Source: an uncultured delta proteobacterium (lineage in GTDB: Bacteria > Myxococcota_A > Polyangia > Polyangiales > Houyiibacteriaceae). Taken from it: a DNA stretch of 64,000 bases. Shown one piece after another: positions 44,283 through 53,125 of this stretch. The notes under the pieces are model-generated. The model saw only the letters and a list, made by a program, of their open reading frames with translations, was not told the DNA's origin and made no database searches. The position numbers and the translations under genes are program-made. Position 1 is the first letter of the stretch; every line of letters begins with the position of its first letter. The stretch spans positions 155,062 to 219,061 of the forward strand of contig CAVWBW010000004.1 in the NCBI GenBank assembly GCA_963753395.1. Direction: 5' to 3'.

Positions 44283-45425
44283 TCAGAGCTTCGGGAGCGC
44301 GCGGGCCAAGCGTCGGAGCGCCTCTTCGATTTCGGGCTGGGCGGTTGCGAAACTGAATCGAACGAAGCCCTCGGCGATCTCCCCGAAATCTCGGCCTGGG
44401 CCGAGCGCGACGTGGGCGTGCTCGAGGATGTCGAAGCAGAGCGTGAGCGAATCTCGCTCGAAGTGGCGCATGTCGACCAAGACGTAAAAGGCCCCGGGAG
44501 GGTCGATTGGAATCGAAAGGCCCATCTCCCGAAGGCCGTCGATCAAGATGCGCCGGCGAGTGGTGTATTCCTGGCGCATGTACTCCACGTGCGCGGCGCC
44601 GTGCGCGAGAGCGGCCGACCCAGCCTGTTGAACGAACTGCGACGTCGAGATGAAGAAGCTCTGCATCAGGCTCTGCAACGGCCGCATCGCTCTCTTGGGC
44701 GCGATCAGGTAGCCGAGCCGAAAGCCGGTCATCGCGTAGCGCTTTGAAAAGCCATCGAGCAGGTAGGTGTCTTCGGTGAAACGGAGGGGCGATGTGACCT
44801 CCGCACCATCGTATGTGAGCCCGTCGTAGATCTCGTCAGAGAGGATCGGGATGCCGAGCTCGGCGAGCCCTTTGACCACTTCTGCGGGCTGCACCGCTCC
44901 GGTCGGGTTGGCTGGCGACGCGAGGAAAATCGCGCGCGTCCGAGGCGTGATGGCCTCGCGTACCTTGGCGACATCCATGACGAAGCCATCCTCCGGGCCG
45001 GTTGGCACGAGCACTGGCTTGCCACCGCACACCGCGATCATGTTCGGGTAGCAAGGGTAGTGCGGCGTTGCGAGGATTACTTCGTCGCCCGGATCGACGA
45101 GGAGGTTCAGGCACAAGAGGATCGCAGGGGACGTCCCGCTAGTGACGACAATCTGATTCGGGTCGACGGCGACGCCTCTGCGCGCTTCGCACTCCTGTGC
45201 GATGGCGTCGCGCAGGTCGAAGAGGCCGCGGCTGTCCGTGTAGTGCGTCTCTCCCGACTGAAGCGAATCGACGGCGGCCTGCACCGCCGCTCGGGGCGCA
45301 TCGAAATTCGGCTCTCCGACGCCGAGCTGAACGATCGAAGTTCCGGCCCGCGCCATGGCCATCCCCCGCTCCATGACCTCCATAGCCAAGAAGGGCTCCA
45401 CCTCCTGCGTCCGCTTCGCAAACAT
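44283..45425 (-). CDS. PLP-dependent aminotransferase class I/II
   Basis: GEPNF, SPANPTG, SDEIY, FSKRYAMTGFRLG; true start ATG 45425. Confidence 0.92.
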   Translation of the reverse strand: MFAKRTQEVEPFLAMEVMERGMAMARAGTSIVQLGVGEPNFDAPRAAVQAAVDSLQSGETHYTDSRGLFDLRDAIAQECEARRGVAVDPNQIVVTSGTSPAILLCLNLLVDPGDEVILATPHYPCYPNMIAVCGGKPVLVPTGPEDGFVMDVAKVREAITPRTRAIFLASPANPTGAVQPAEVVKGLAELGIPILSDEIYDGLTYDGAEVTSPLRFTEDTYLLDGFSKRYAMTGFRLGYLIAPKRAMRPLQSLMQSFFISTSQFVQQAGSAALAHGAAHVEYMRQEYTTRRRILIDGLREMGLSIPIDPPGAFYVLVDMRHFERDSLTLCFDILEHAHVALGPGRDFGEIAEGFVRFSFATAQPEIEEALRRLARALPKL

Positions 45426-45449
45426 CGGGGCTATGCTAGCCTGTCGCCG

Positions 45450-45968
45450 ATGGAGTCGCTTGTCGTCACGGTGATTGGGAAGGACCGCCCTGGGCTGGTC
45501 GAGTCGGTTTCGGCCGTTGTGGAGCAGCACGGTGGGAGTTGGGTGGAGAGTCGGATGAGCCGGCTTGCCGGGGAGTTTGCCGGGATTCTTCGCGTCAGCG
45601 TGCCTCCGGAGCGGGCGGAAGGGTTGTCCGCCGCGCTCGAGGGTCTGAAAGCGGGCGGGCTGCGGGTCGCCGTCGAGCGCGGCTTCGAGGAGACGCCAGA
45701 GGAGGGGCACGTGGTCCTGCTCGACCTCGTCGGGAGCGATCGGCCCGGCATCGTGCATGCGATTTCGGAAGCGCTCGCGGCGCGCGACGTCAACGTCGAC
45801 GAGCTCAATACGGAGTGCGACGGCGCGCCATGGTCCGGCGACACGTTGTTCAAAGCGACGGCGCGCCTGCGTGCGCCGAAGACGCTAGACCTCGATCAGC
45901 TCCGCGAAAGCCTCGAGGCCATCGCGGGTGATCTGATGGTCGACGTCAGCATCGGTGAGCCCGAGTAG
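45450..45968 (+). CDS. Tandem ACT-domain protein (GcvR-like)
   Basis: Two G.DRPG.V motifs; ESRM..LAGEFA. Confidence 0.85.
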   Translation: MESLVVTVIGKDRPGLVESVSAVVEQHGGSWVESRMSRLAGEFAGILRVSVPPERAEGLSAALEGLKAGGLRVAVERGFEETPEEGHVVLLDLVGSDRPGIVHAISEALAARDVNVDELNTECDGAPWSGDTLFKATARLRAPKTLDLDQLRESLEAIAGDLMVDVSIGEPE

Positions 45969-47720
45969 GGCGTTCGCGCGAGCCCGAGGGTAGCGCCGCA
46001 ACAGTCGTTTCGCCGCTAGCGCCTTTTCCTCTGCGGTCATCCACATCCGCAGGGTAGCGAACCTGTACATCGCACGGATGTTGGGGAAGAGGGCGAGATA
46101 GATCTGCCACGCACCGTCGTATGCGGTCGCGTCGAGCGCAAACGCGAGCTGCTGATCATCGACCGTACTGCGCGTGTCGTGCCCGCGAGTCGCAAAAAGT
46201 GCACGCACCAAACGGTCGACCGCATGCGCCCGGTTTCGAGTAGTCGTCTTGCCTGCCGGGTTGAACGAGCTCCGCCTTTGCGTCCAGCTCTTGCGCCAGC
46301 GGTGGTCCCATGCGTAGAGCAGCGCGCTATTGAAGTTCGCGAGGGCGATCAACCGGCTCCATTGCATGCACTGTTGAACGGTTTGGCTCGCATTGAGGTT
46401 CACTTCGAGCACTTCGTCGCGTGTCACGGGCGTGCGTTGCGTTCCGAATCGGCGCTCGAGCCACGCGTACTCCGCCGGGAAATCGTTTGCCGCGATCTGA
46501 AGCGGGTAGCTCGGCTGTTTGCCGAGATCGAGGGCGATGTCCTTCAGATCGTCGAAGATCTGAAACGCCGCGAGCAAGTAGCCCCAGCGGCGAATCACGC
46601 TCGCGTGCTCCGCCGGTACGAGGCCGAGGAGGCGCGCCCGGAGATCCAGCCAAAGCATCATGACCACGTTGTTCTTGCGGTAGAAGTGCCATGCTGCCCT
46701 GCGGAGAGGCAGCCGATCGATGCTTCGCTCCGCCGCAGCTTCACAAAGATCGACCTCGTCGAGGTAGGTCTGAAAACAGTGGTGCAAGAAGAGGTGCGTC
46801 GCGTGCACCACCTCCTCGTCCGCCTTGGCAAGCAGGCGGTCAACGACGCGCGCGAGCTGGTCCAGCCGCTCGAACACGGCGGAGAGCGGGAGGTCGAACT
46901 TGGTGACGTGGGCGTCGGGGTCTATGCCTTCGCGACGCAAATCGTCGAGGGAGAAGTCCGAAAGCGGTCGCTTCGAGGTGTCATCGCGGTACAGAGCCCG
47001 GACCACCTTGCCTGCCGCCGCGAGGCCTCCCGCCGCGGTGCCGAGCTCGTCGAGAAATTCGTCGGCGAGCTGCATGTAGAGGAAGGAGATGTCGGCCAGC
47101 GCCACGTTTTGCGAAAGAGGAACGCCCGCCGCGCCGTGAAACGCGAAGTTGTCGACCAACGGTCCGACTTGCTCGATCGCGAAGTAGGTCTGGCGCAGCG
47201 CATCGTGCTCGAGCACCGAGCGCGGAACGAGCTTGCGAATCCGAAGCCTCCGCGCCCAATAGAACGGGAGCATTGCGCCATGCCGCAGGAAGTCCCGGTT
47301 CTGCTGGAGCTTCTCTCGGAGGATCGCCTTCGCCGGCCGCTTCGCTCGCGACTGCTCCCATATGGCCGTCACTCGCGCGCGCCTTGCCGAGATCTCCGCC
47401 GGGGTTCGATTCGTGTCGGGCTCCGGATGCAGCAGCAGCGTCGTCTCGTAGCGCAGCAGCGCCTGCTCCGAGGTCGGCTCGGCAGCCGCGGCGGTCGCGA
47501 GATGGGCCTCCCATCGGCGGAGCTTGATTTCGAGCTCTCGCGCCGCGCTGGGCTCTGCGCCCTCGGTGTGAAGCAGGCCGAGTCTCGCGCTCAGCACATC
47601 CTCGAGCTCGATCACGGCGGCGCTCGACCTGCCTAGGTCTGCACGCATGTACGGGTGTCTCGCGAGAACGCCCTCGACGCGTCGTAGCGTTGAGCGCTCT
47701 TTCTCACTGAAGTGAGGCAT
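45885..47720 (-). CDS. Class I isoprenoid/terpene-synthase-fold protein
   Basis: Asp-rich motifs QLADEFLDE and FQIFDDLKD; mostly helical sequence. Confidence 0.6.
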   Translation of the reverse strand: MPHFSEKERSTLRRVEGVLARHPYMRADLGRSSAAVIELEDVLSARLGLLHTEGAEPSAARELEIKLRRWEAHLATAAAAEPTSEQALLRYETTLLLHPEPDTNRTPAEISARRARVTAIWEQSRAKRPAKAILREKLQQNRDFLRHGAMLPFYWARRLRIRKLVPRSVLEHDALRQTYFAIEQVGPLVDNFAFHGAAGVPLSQNVALADISFLYMQLADEFLDELGTAAGGLAAAGKVVRALYRDDTSKRPLSDFSLDDLRREGIDPDAHVTKFDLPLSAVFERLDQLARVVDRLLAKADEEVVHATHLFLHHCFQTYLDEVDLCEAAAERSIDRLPLRRAAWHFYRKNNVVMMLWLDLRARLLGLVPAEHASVIRRWGYLLAAFQIFDDLKDIALDLGKQPSYPLQIAANDFPAEYAWLERRFGTQRTPVTRDEVLEVNLNASQTVQQCMQWSRLIALANFNSALLYAWDHRWRKSWTQRRSSFNPAGKTTTRNRAHAVDRLVRALFATRGHDTRSTVDDQQLAFALDATAYDGAWQIYLALFPNIRAMYRFATLRMWMTAEEKALAAKRLLRRYPRARANALLGLTDADVDHQITRDGLEAFAELIEV

Positions 47721-47821
47721 CGTCAGGGAAGCAACGAGGGTCATCAAACGAAGGGGTTGTGACACGCCGCGGCGGGCGCTCCAATTCCACGCCGCATGGT
47801 GCTAGGGTCAGCTTCCGACCG

Positions 47822-50800
47822 ATGGCCAGAACCAGCCGAAAATCACGCTGGCGCGCCCCGTTCCGTCGCGTCGCGATGGCGACGGAGAACGCGCTCGAGC
47901 TCGCACGCCTCGGTCACTTCACCGACCCCGAGCACGCCCCCTACAAGGTCATGCACCAGCTCCCGATCGCGCGCCTGCGTCGGTACGGGGGCGACGGACA
48001 CCTTCCCAGTGTCGATGCGCCGGTCCTCTTGATTCCCCCGTTGATGGTCACGGCTGAGATCTACGACGTCTCGCCCGATATCAGCGGAGTGACCGCCCTC
48101 ACGAAGCTCGGCCTCGACGTATGGGTCATCGACTTCGGCTCCCCCGAGAACGAAGAGGGCGGCATGAAGCGCACCCTCGACGACCACGTGAAGGCGATCA
48201 GCCAATCCGTCGACCTCGTTCGCGAGAGCACCGGTCACGACGTGCACTTGATGGGGTACTCGCAGGGCGGGATGTTCGCGTACCAGACGGCGGCGTACCG
48301 CGGGTCCGAGGGGATCTCATCGCTCGTGACCTTCGGCAGCCCGGTCGACATCCACCGGAACCTCCCGATGATCGACGACACGATTGCGGGTCGCCTGTTC
48401 GAGCTCGCGCAGGGTGCGATCGATGCGCCAATCGACAAGCTCGAGGGCCTGCCCGGCTTCCTCACGAGCGCCGGTTTCAAGCTTCTCGCCGTTCACAAAG
48501 AGGTTGGCCAGCTCATCGACTTCGTCCGAAAGCTGCACGACCGGCAGGCGCTCGAAAAACGCGAAGCGCGCCGCCGCTTCCTTGGAGGGGAGGGCTTCGT
48601 CGCCTGGCCAGGGCCCGCGCTCAAAACGTTCATCGACGAGTTCGTCGTGCACAACCGGATGCTTTCGGGCGGTTTCGTCATCGACGGCCGGACCGTCACG
48701 CTCACCGACATCCGCTGCCCGGTCATGTTCTTCGTTGGAGAGCGCGACACGATCGCCAACGAATCCGCGATTCGCGCGATCCGCGGCGCCGCCCCGAACG
48801 CCGAGCTCTTCGAAGTGTCCATGCGCGCGGGCCATTTCGGCCTCGTCGTAGGAAAGCAGGCGATGTCGTTCACGTGGCCGACGGTGGCGAGCTGGGTGCG
48901 GTGGCGCGAGGGCGTCGGCCCGGAGCCTTCGGTTCTGCGGGCGCCCCCGCCGCTCGAGGAGGCCGAAGAGGCCGACTTCGAAGAGGTCGATTTCGACGTT
49001 CAGCTCTTCTACGAGACGATCGCCGGCACCGTCGGGGCGTGGTGGCAGCGCTTCGGACGCGCGACGACCGACCTCAGCGAGCAGCTCGATAGCTTCCGTT
49101 GGCAAGTTCCCCGCTTGAGCGTGTTGCAACAGATGCGGCCGGAGACGCGCATCAGCCTCGGTCTCGCCCTGTCTGAGCAAGCGACGGCAGATCCGGAAGG
49201 CACCTTCTTTCTATGGGAGGGGCGGGCCTTCTCCTACGCGCAAGCCGATCGTCGGGTCGACAACGTGGTCCGCGGGCTGATTCGATGTGGCGTCACGCGC
49301 GGCGACTCCGTGGCGGTGTTGATGGGGCCGAGGCCTAGTTACCTCTCGGTCACGGCGGCGCTTAGCCGCCTCGGCGCGGCCGCGATTCTTCTGAGCCCGG
49401 ACCGCGAGCGCGAGACCTTGGAGGAGGCAATCCATGCATCGGCGCCCCGCTTCCTGGTCGCTGACCCGAACACCGCCGCGCTCGGCAAAGAGCTCAGCGA
49501 CGAGGTGCTCGTGCTCGGCGGCGCGAACGAGGAGCGGGCATTGCCCGTAGGCGTGGTCGACATGGAGCGCATCGATCCGGCCGCGGTCGAGCTCCCGGGC
49601 TGGTACGAGGCCAACCCGGGTTGCGCCCGCGACCTCGCTCTCATCATGCTCACCGCCGGCCGCGGCAAGAAACCGCGCGCGGCGAAGATCACCAACCAGC
49701 GCTGGGCGTTCTCGGCCTATGGCACGGCGGCGGCGTGCACACTCTCGCCGCGAGACACCGTCTACTGTTGTCTTCCGCTCCATCACCCAGCGGGCATGTT
49801 GGTGACCGTTGGCGGCAGCTTGGTGGGGGGGGCGCGTCTTGCGCTCGCACCCCGATTCGACCCCCATGCGTTTTGGGGAGACGTCCGCCGTTACGGTGCA
49901 ACGGTCGTGTTCTATGCGGGGGAGATGTTGCGCGAGCTCCTGCGTGCGCAGCTTTCTTCGGCCGACAACCAGAACCCGATTCGGCTCTTCGCTGGCAGCG
50001 GGCTTCGCCGCGACGTTTGGCGAAGCATCGTCGAGCGTTTTGGTCCGGTGGGGATCCTCGAGTTTTACGCGTCGACCGAGGGCAATGCGGTGCTGGCCAA
50101 CGCATCTGGCGAAAAGGTCGGAGCTCTCGGGCGGCCGCTTCCGGGTAGCGCCGAGGTCGAGCTCGGCCGTTACGACTTCGATGCCGAGCAGTTCATTCTC
50201 GACGAACACGGGCTCCTGTCGCGCTGCGGACCGGGCGAGGAAGGCGTGCTCCTGGCGCGCCTCGACGCCAAGCATCCCTTGGCGAGCTTCACAGGGGGCG
50301 CGGAAGCAGGGAAGCGCCTACTTCGCGGCGTGTTCGACCGTGACGACACTTGGTTCATCACCTGGGACGTCCTCCGTCGCGACGACGAGGGGGACTACTG
50401 GTTCGTCGATCGAGTCAGTCGGATGCTCCGCACACCTCATGGGCGGGTCGCGACGCGCTCGATCGAGGACGCCCTCTACGGCTTCGAGCCCCTCCGCCAC
50501 ACGGTCGTGTACGGCGTTGAAGAGGGCGGATTCGATCATCCTGTGGCGGTCGTCGCGACCCACGGCAATCGCGAGATCGATTTGCAGGCGTGGAACGAGT
50601 TTGCGGCAGGACTGAACCCGAGCGAGCGTCCGACCTGGCTGAAACGGGTAGAACGCATCCCGATGACCGACGGCTTTCGCCCCGACAAGTCGATCCTCGA
50701 GCGCGAGCCGCTCGACTCCGGGGCCGAGCTTTTCGTGTACGAGGAGAGCGCCGCGCGCTACCGCTCAGCCGATGGGGAAGTTCCCATGGCGCGCCCCTGA
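47822..50800 (+). CDS. PhaC-like alpha/beta hydrolase fused to long-chain acyl-CoA synthetase (Rv1683-like)
   Basis: GYSQGG, GHFGLVVG, then AMP-binding domain (LPLHH, EFYASTEGN, DYWFVDR). Confidence 0.85.
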   Translation: MARTSRKSRWRAPFRRVAMATENALELARLGHFTDPEHAPYKVMHQLPIARLRRYGGDGHLPSVDAPVLLIPPLMVTAEIYDVSPDISGVTALTKLGLDVWVIDFGSPENEEGGMKRTLDDHVKAISQSVDLVRESTGHDVHLMGYSQGGMFAYQTAAYRGSEGISSLVTFGSPVDIHRNLPMIDDTIAGRLFELAQGAIDAPIDKLEGLPGFLTSAGFKLLAVHKEVGQLIDFVRKLHDRQALEKREARRRFLGGEGFVAWPGPALKTFIDEFVVHNRMLSGGFVIDGRTVTLTDIRCPVMFFVGERDTIANESAIRAIRGAAPNAELFEVSMRAGHFGLVVGKQAMSFTWPTVASWVRWREGVGPEPSVLRAPPPLEEAEEADFEEVDFDVQLFYETIAGTVGAWWQRFGRATTDLSEQLDSFRWQVPRLSVLQQMRPETRISLGLALSEQATADPEGTFFLWEGRAFSYAQADRRVDNVVRGLIRCGVTRGDSVAVLMGPRPSYLSVTAALSRLGAAAILLSPDRERETLEEAIHASAPRFLVADPNTAALGKELSDEVLVLGGANEERALPVGVVDMERIDPAAVELPGWYEANPGCARDLALIMLTAGRGKKPRAAKITNQRWAFSAYGTAAACTLSPRDTVYCCLPLHHPAGMLVTVGGSLVGGARLALAPRFDPHAFWGDVRRYGATVVFYAGEMLRELLRAQLSSADNQNPIRLFAGSGLRRDVWRSIVERFGPVGILEFYASTEGNAVLANASGEKVGALGRPLPGSAEVELGRYDFDAEQFILDEHGLLSRCGPGEEGVLLARLDAKHPLASFTGGAEAGKRLLRGVFDRDDTWFITWDVLRRDDEGDYWFVDRVSRMLRTPHGRVATRSIEDALYGFEPLRHTVVYGVEEGGFDHPVAVVATHGNREIDLQAWNEFAAGLNPSERPTWLKRVERIPMTDGFRPDKSILEREPLDSGAELFVYEESAARYRSADGEVPMARP

Positions 50801-50858
50801 TCGCTCTCGGGTGTACAAAAATCGCCCCAAGGGGGCTCTCTTGCTACATACCGTCTCG

Positions 50859-51680
50859 ATGAGGGCCCGAGTTCTGTTTCCGCTTCTTGCGTTGGTTGCC
50901 GTGGGCCTTCTTGCGTGCGCCAAGCAAGTGGGTGACGGCGGCGCGTGCTTCCAGTCGTCCGAGTGCGGAAACGACTCGATCTGTACCGAGACCGTCTACG
51001 GGAACTTCTGCATGAGGACGTGCAGCGCCGATGTCGTCCGGTGTGACGACGCCCAGGCATGCCTGCTCGCCTCGGCGATCGGCGCTGGCGGCGCGGGCGG
51101 CATGGGTGGCGCGGGCGGCATGAGTGGTGCTGGCGGCATGGGTGGCGCGGGCGGCATGAGTGGCGCGGGCGGCATGAGTGGCGCGGGCGGACAAGGTGGC
51201 GGCGGTACGGCTGGCAACGGCGGTGCGGCTGGCGACGGCGGTGCGGCTGGCAACGGCGGCGCGGCTGGCGACGGCGGCGCGGCTGGCAACGGCGGCGCGG
51301 CTGGCAACGGCGGCGCGGCCGGTGGTGGCGGCACAGCTGGCAACGGCGGTGCGGCTGGCAACGGAGGCACGGCCGGCGTGGGTGGCGCCGGCGAGGAAGA
51401 AGTCTGGGTCTGCCTGCCCGGCGCGCTCAACATTCAGAACCCGGACATCATTCCACGCGTGACCGGCAGTCCCTGTGACTACAGCATCGAGTGCATGGTC
51501 GGTGGCGTCTGCGTGTATAACCCGGTGGGCATGTGCTCGGGGCAGGGCCTGGAAGGCCCAACCTGCTGCGCAGAGCTCTGCAATCCTGCGGTCGCCAACG
51601 TCTGCCCGCTCGGTTTCCAGTGCATCGACCTCGGCACGGGCCGCGGTTTTTGTGGCCCAGCGAGCTTCGAGGAGAATTGA
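50859..51680 (+). CDS. Cys-rich lipoprotein with Gly-rich repeat linker
   Basis: LLAC lipobox; two Cys-rich ends flanking GGAGGM / GNGGAA repeats. Confidence 0.8.
   Translation: MRARVLFPLLALVAVGLLACAKQVGDGGACFQSSECGNDSICTETVYGNFCMRTCSADVVRCDDAQACLLASAIGAGGAGGMGGAGGMSGAGGMGGAGGMSGAGGMSGAGGQGGGGTAGNGGAAGDGGAAGNGGAAGDGGAAGNGGAAGNGGAAGGGGTAGNGGAAGNGGTAGVGGAGEEEVWVCLPGALNIQNPDIIPRVTGSPCDYSIECMVGGVCVYNPVGMCSGQGLEGPTCCAELCNPAVANVCPLGFQCIDLGTGRGFCGPASFEEN
51081..51392 (+). repeat. In-frame 18-bp tandem repeats (Gly/Ala linker)
   Basis: Units like ggcgcgggcggcatgagt and gcggctggcaacggcggc. Confidence 0.85.
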
Positions 51681-51721
51681 CCGTTTACGCGGGGCGTCGC
51701 GAACATTAGACTCCCCCGGGC

Positions 51722-52408
51722 ATGCCCACACCCCAACAGACAGTTGACGCGCTCCGCTCCTACTTGCGCACGCACCCCGAGGAAATCGGCCGTGCGGTCC
51801 GCAGCGCTTTAGGCCTTCGTTTCGGAGTCCCGCTGGCCGCCTTTCGATGGCTCGGCCAGCAGGCAGAGCGGAGCGGCAAGGTCGAGGATTTCCAGATCGA
51901 TTCCGTTCCTCCTGGACTGCGTCTAGGCGGCAACGTCGATCTGATGAACACGCCCATCCGTGCCGGCGCGATCATCTACGTGGAGCGTATCGTGTTCAAC
52001 GATGAGGAGCTCACCGTCGCGCTACGGCTCGAGGATGTCCAGCTCAAGCTCAACGGCGAATCGGATTCACCGATCGCGGCGTTGATCAAGTCCGGCGCTC
52101 TCGACCTCTCGAATCCGGGTACGCTCGTGAACTTCATGCCGAACCGCTCGCCTGTCCTTGCGGAGGCCAACGGCAACCGAATCGTCCTCGACCTGATGCG
52201 CGACCCGAACATCGGCAAGAATCCACTCGTCCGCCGCGCCGTTTCACTCCTTACGTCGTTCGTCACTCTCCATGGTGTGGAGACCGACAAGAAGCACCTC
52301 GACATCGCGTTTCGTGCGTTGCCCACGGGGCTTGGCGGCGCGGTGAAGTCGCTTCGCAACAACGTGGTGCTTCCGTCGATGAGCCGGCTTCTTCCCCGCG
52401 CGAGATAG
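51722..52408 (+). CDS. Hypothetical protein
   Basis: 228-aa ORF with protein-like composition and GC-biased third positions. Confidence 0.7.
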   Translation: MPTPQQTVDALRSYLRTHPEEIGRAVRSALGLRFGVPLAAFRWLGQQAERSGKVEDFQIDSVPPGLRLGGNVDLMNTPIRAGAIIYVERIVFNDEELTVALRLEDVQLKLNGESDSPIAALIKSGALDLSNPGTLVNFMPNRSPVLAEANGNRIVLDLMRDPNIGKNPLVRRAVSLLTSFVTLHGVETDKKHLDIAFRALPTGLGGAVKSLRNNVVLPSMSRLLPRAR

Positions 52409-52413
52409 ACGCC

Positions 52414-52590
52414 GTGCCAACTTGCCGATCCTGCGACGACGAGGTCGACGAGCTGGTCTCCGTCAAAGCCGACGGACGCCGGATCAAAGTCTGCGAAGAC
52501 TGCGCCGAGCGCATCGCCGAAGAAGCGGAGATCGCCGAGATGAGCGAGTCCGCCATGCAAGACATGATGGGCTACAAAGGGCGTCGCTGA
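52414..52590 (+). CDS. 58-aa zinc-ribbon-like small protein (absent from ORF track)
   Basis: GTG 52414 to TGA 52590: MPTCRSCDDEVDELVSVKADGRRIKVCEDCAERIAEEAEIAEMSESAMQDMMGYKGRR; two CxxC. Confidence 0.75.
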   Translation: MPTCRSCDDEVDELVSVKADGRRIKVCEDCAERIAEEAEIAEMSESAMQDMMGYKGRR

Positions 52591-53120
52591 CGCCGCGCGA
52601 AGACGCCTATCCCTCCGCCGAATCCGTAGGCCGCGGACGCGACCAGCAGGGCGAACTTCGTCAATGCGAAGGACGCGGCTACCTGGGGATACGGGGATGG
52701 AGAGGTGAACCGGTTGAGCTCGTAGAGGAGGACGCCGTTCTCCAGCAGGTCGAACGCCGCTGCGATCGTGGCCGCCCAGGCGGCGCGAACGCTCCATTTC
52801 CCATCGCCAAGCCGTGCGCCAACCCAGAGCGCGAGCGAAGAGAAGAACAGGGCGTAGATGAGGAGATAGATGAAGTCGACGAGTAGACTGAGGCGGCCAA
52901 AGCCGAGCGCGTCGCGGCTCTTCCACTCGAGCAAGATCCGGAGAGCTTGATGCGGGGTTCCGGCGAGCTCGAACGACACGATCCCGTGCGGCGAGGAATC
53001 GCCCTGCAACGGCACGTCGACGAACATCATCAGCGCCGTAGAGAGTACGAGCAGGGCGCCAAGCCTGAACGTGAGTGAGCCAAGCAGAGGTGGCTCGATT
53101 TGGGCGAGCGGGTGTTTCAC
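52572..53120 (-). CDS. Hypothetical membrane protein
   Basis: Four hydrophobic helices; IVSFELA, DF..L..Y, DLLEN, KF motifs. Confidence 0.75.
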   Translation of the reverse strand: MKHPLAQIEPPLLGSLTFRLGALLVLSTALMMFVDVPLQGDSSPHGIVSFELAGTPHQALRILLEWKSRDALGFGRLSLLVDFIYLLIYALFFSSLALWVGARLGDGKWSVRAAWAATIAAAFDLLENGVLLYELNRFTSPSPYPQVAASFALTKFALLVASAAYGFGGGIGVFARRQRRPL

Positions 53121-53125
53121 GAGCG

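Noticed and set aside
51081-51392. CRISPR array or VNTR-based system
   Set aside because: Repeats are in-frame, lack unique spacers and encode a Gly/Ala linker common in myxobacterial lipoproteins
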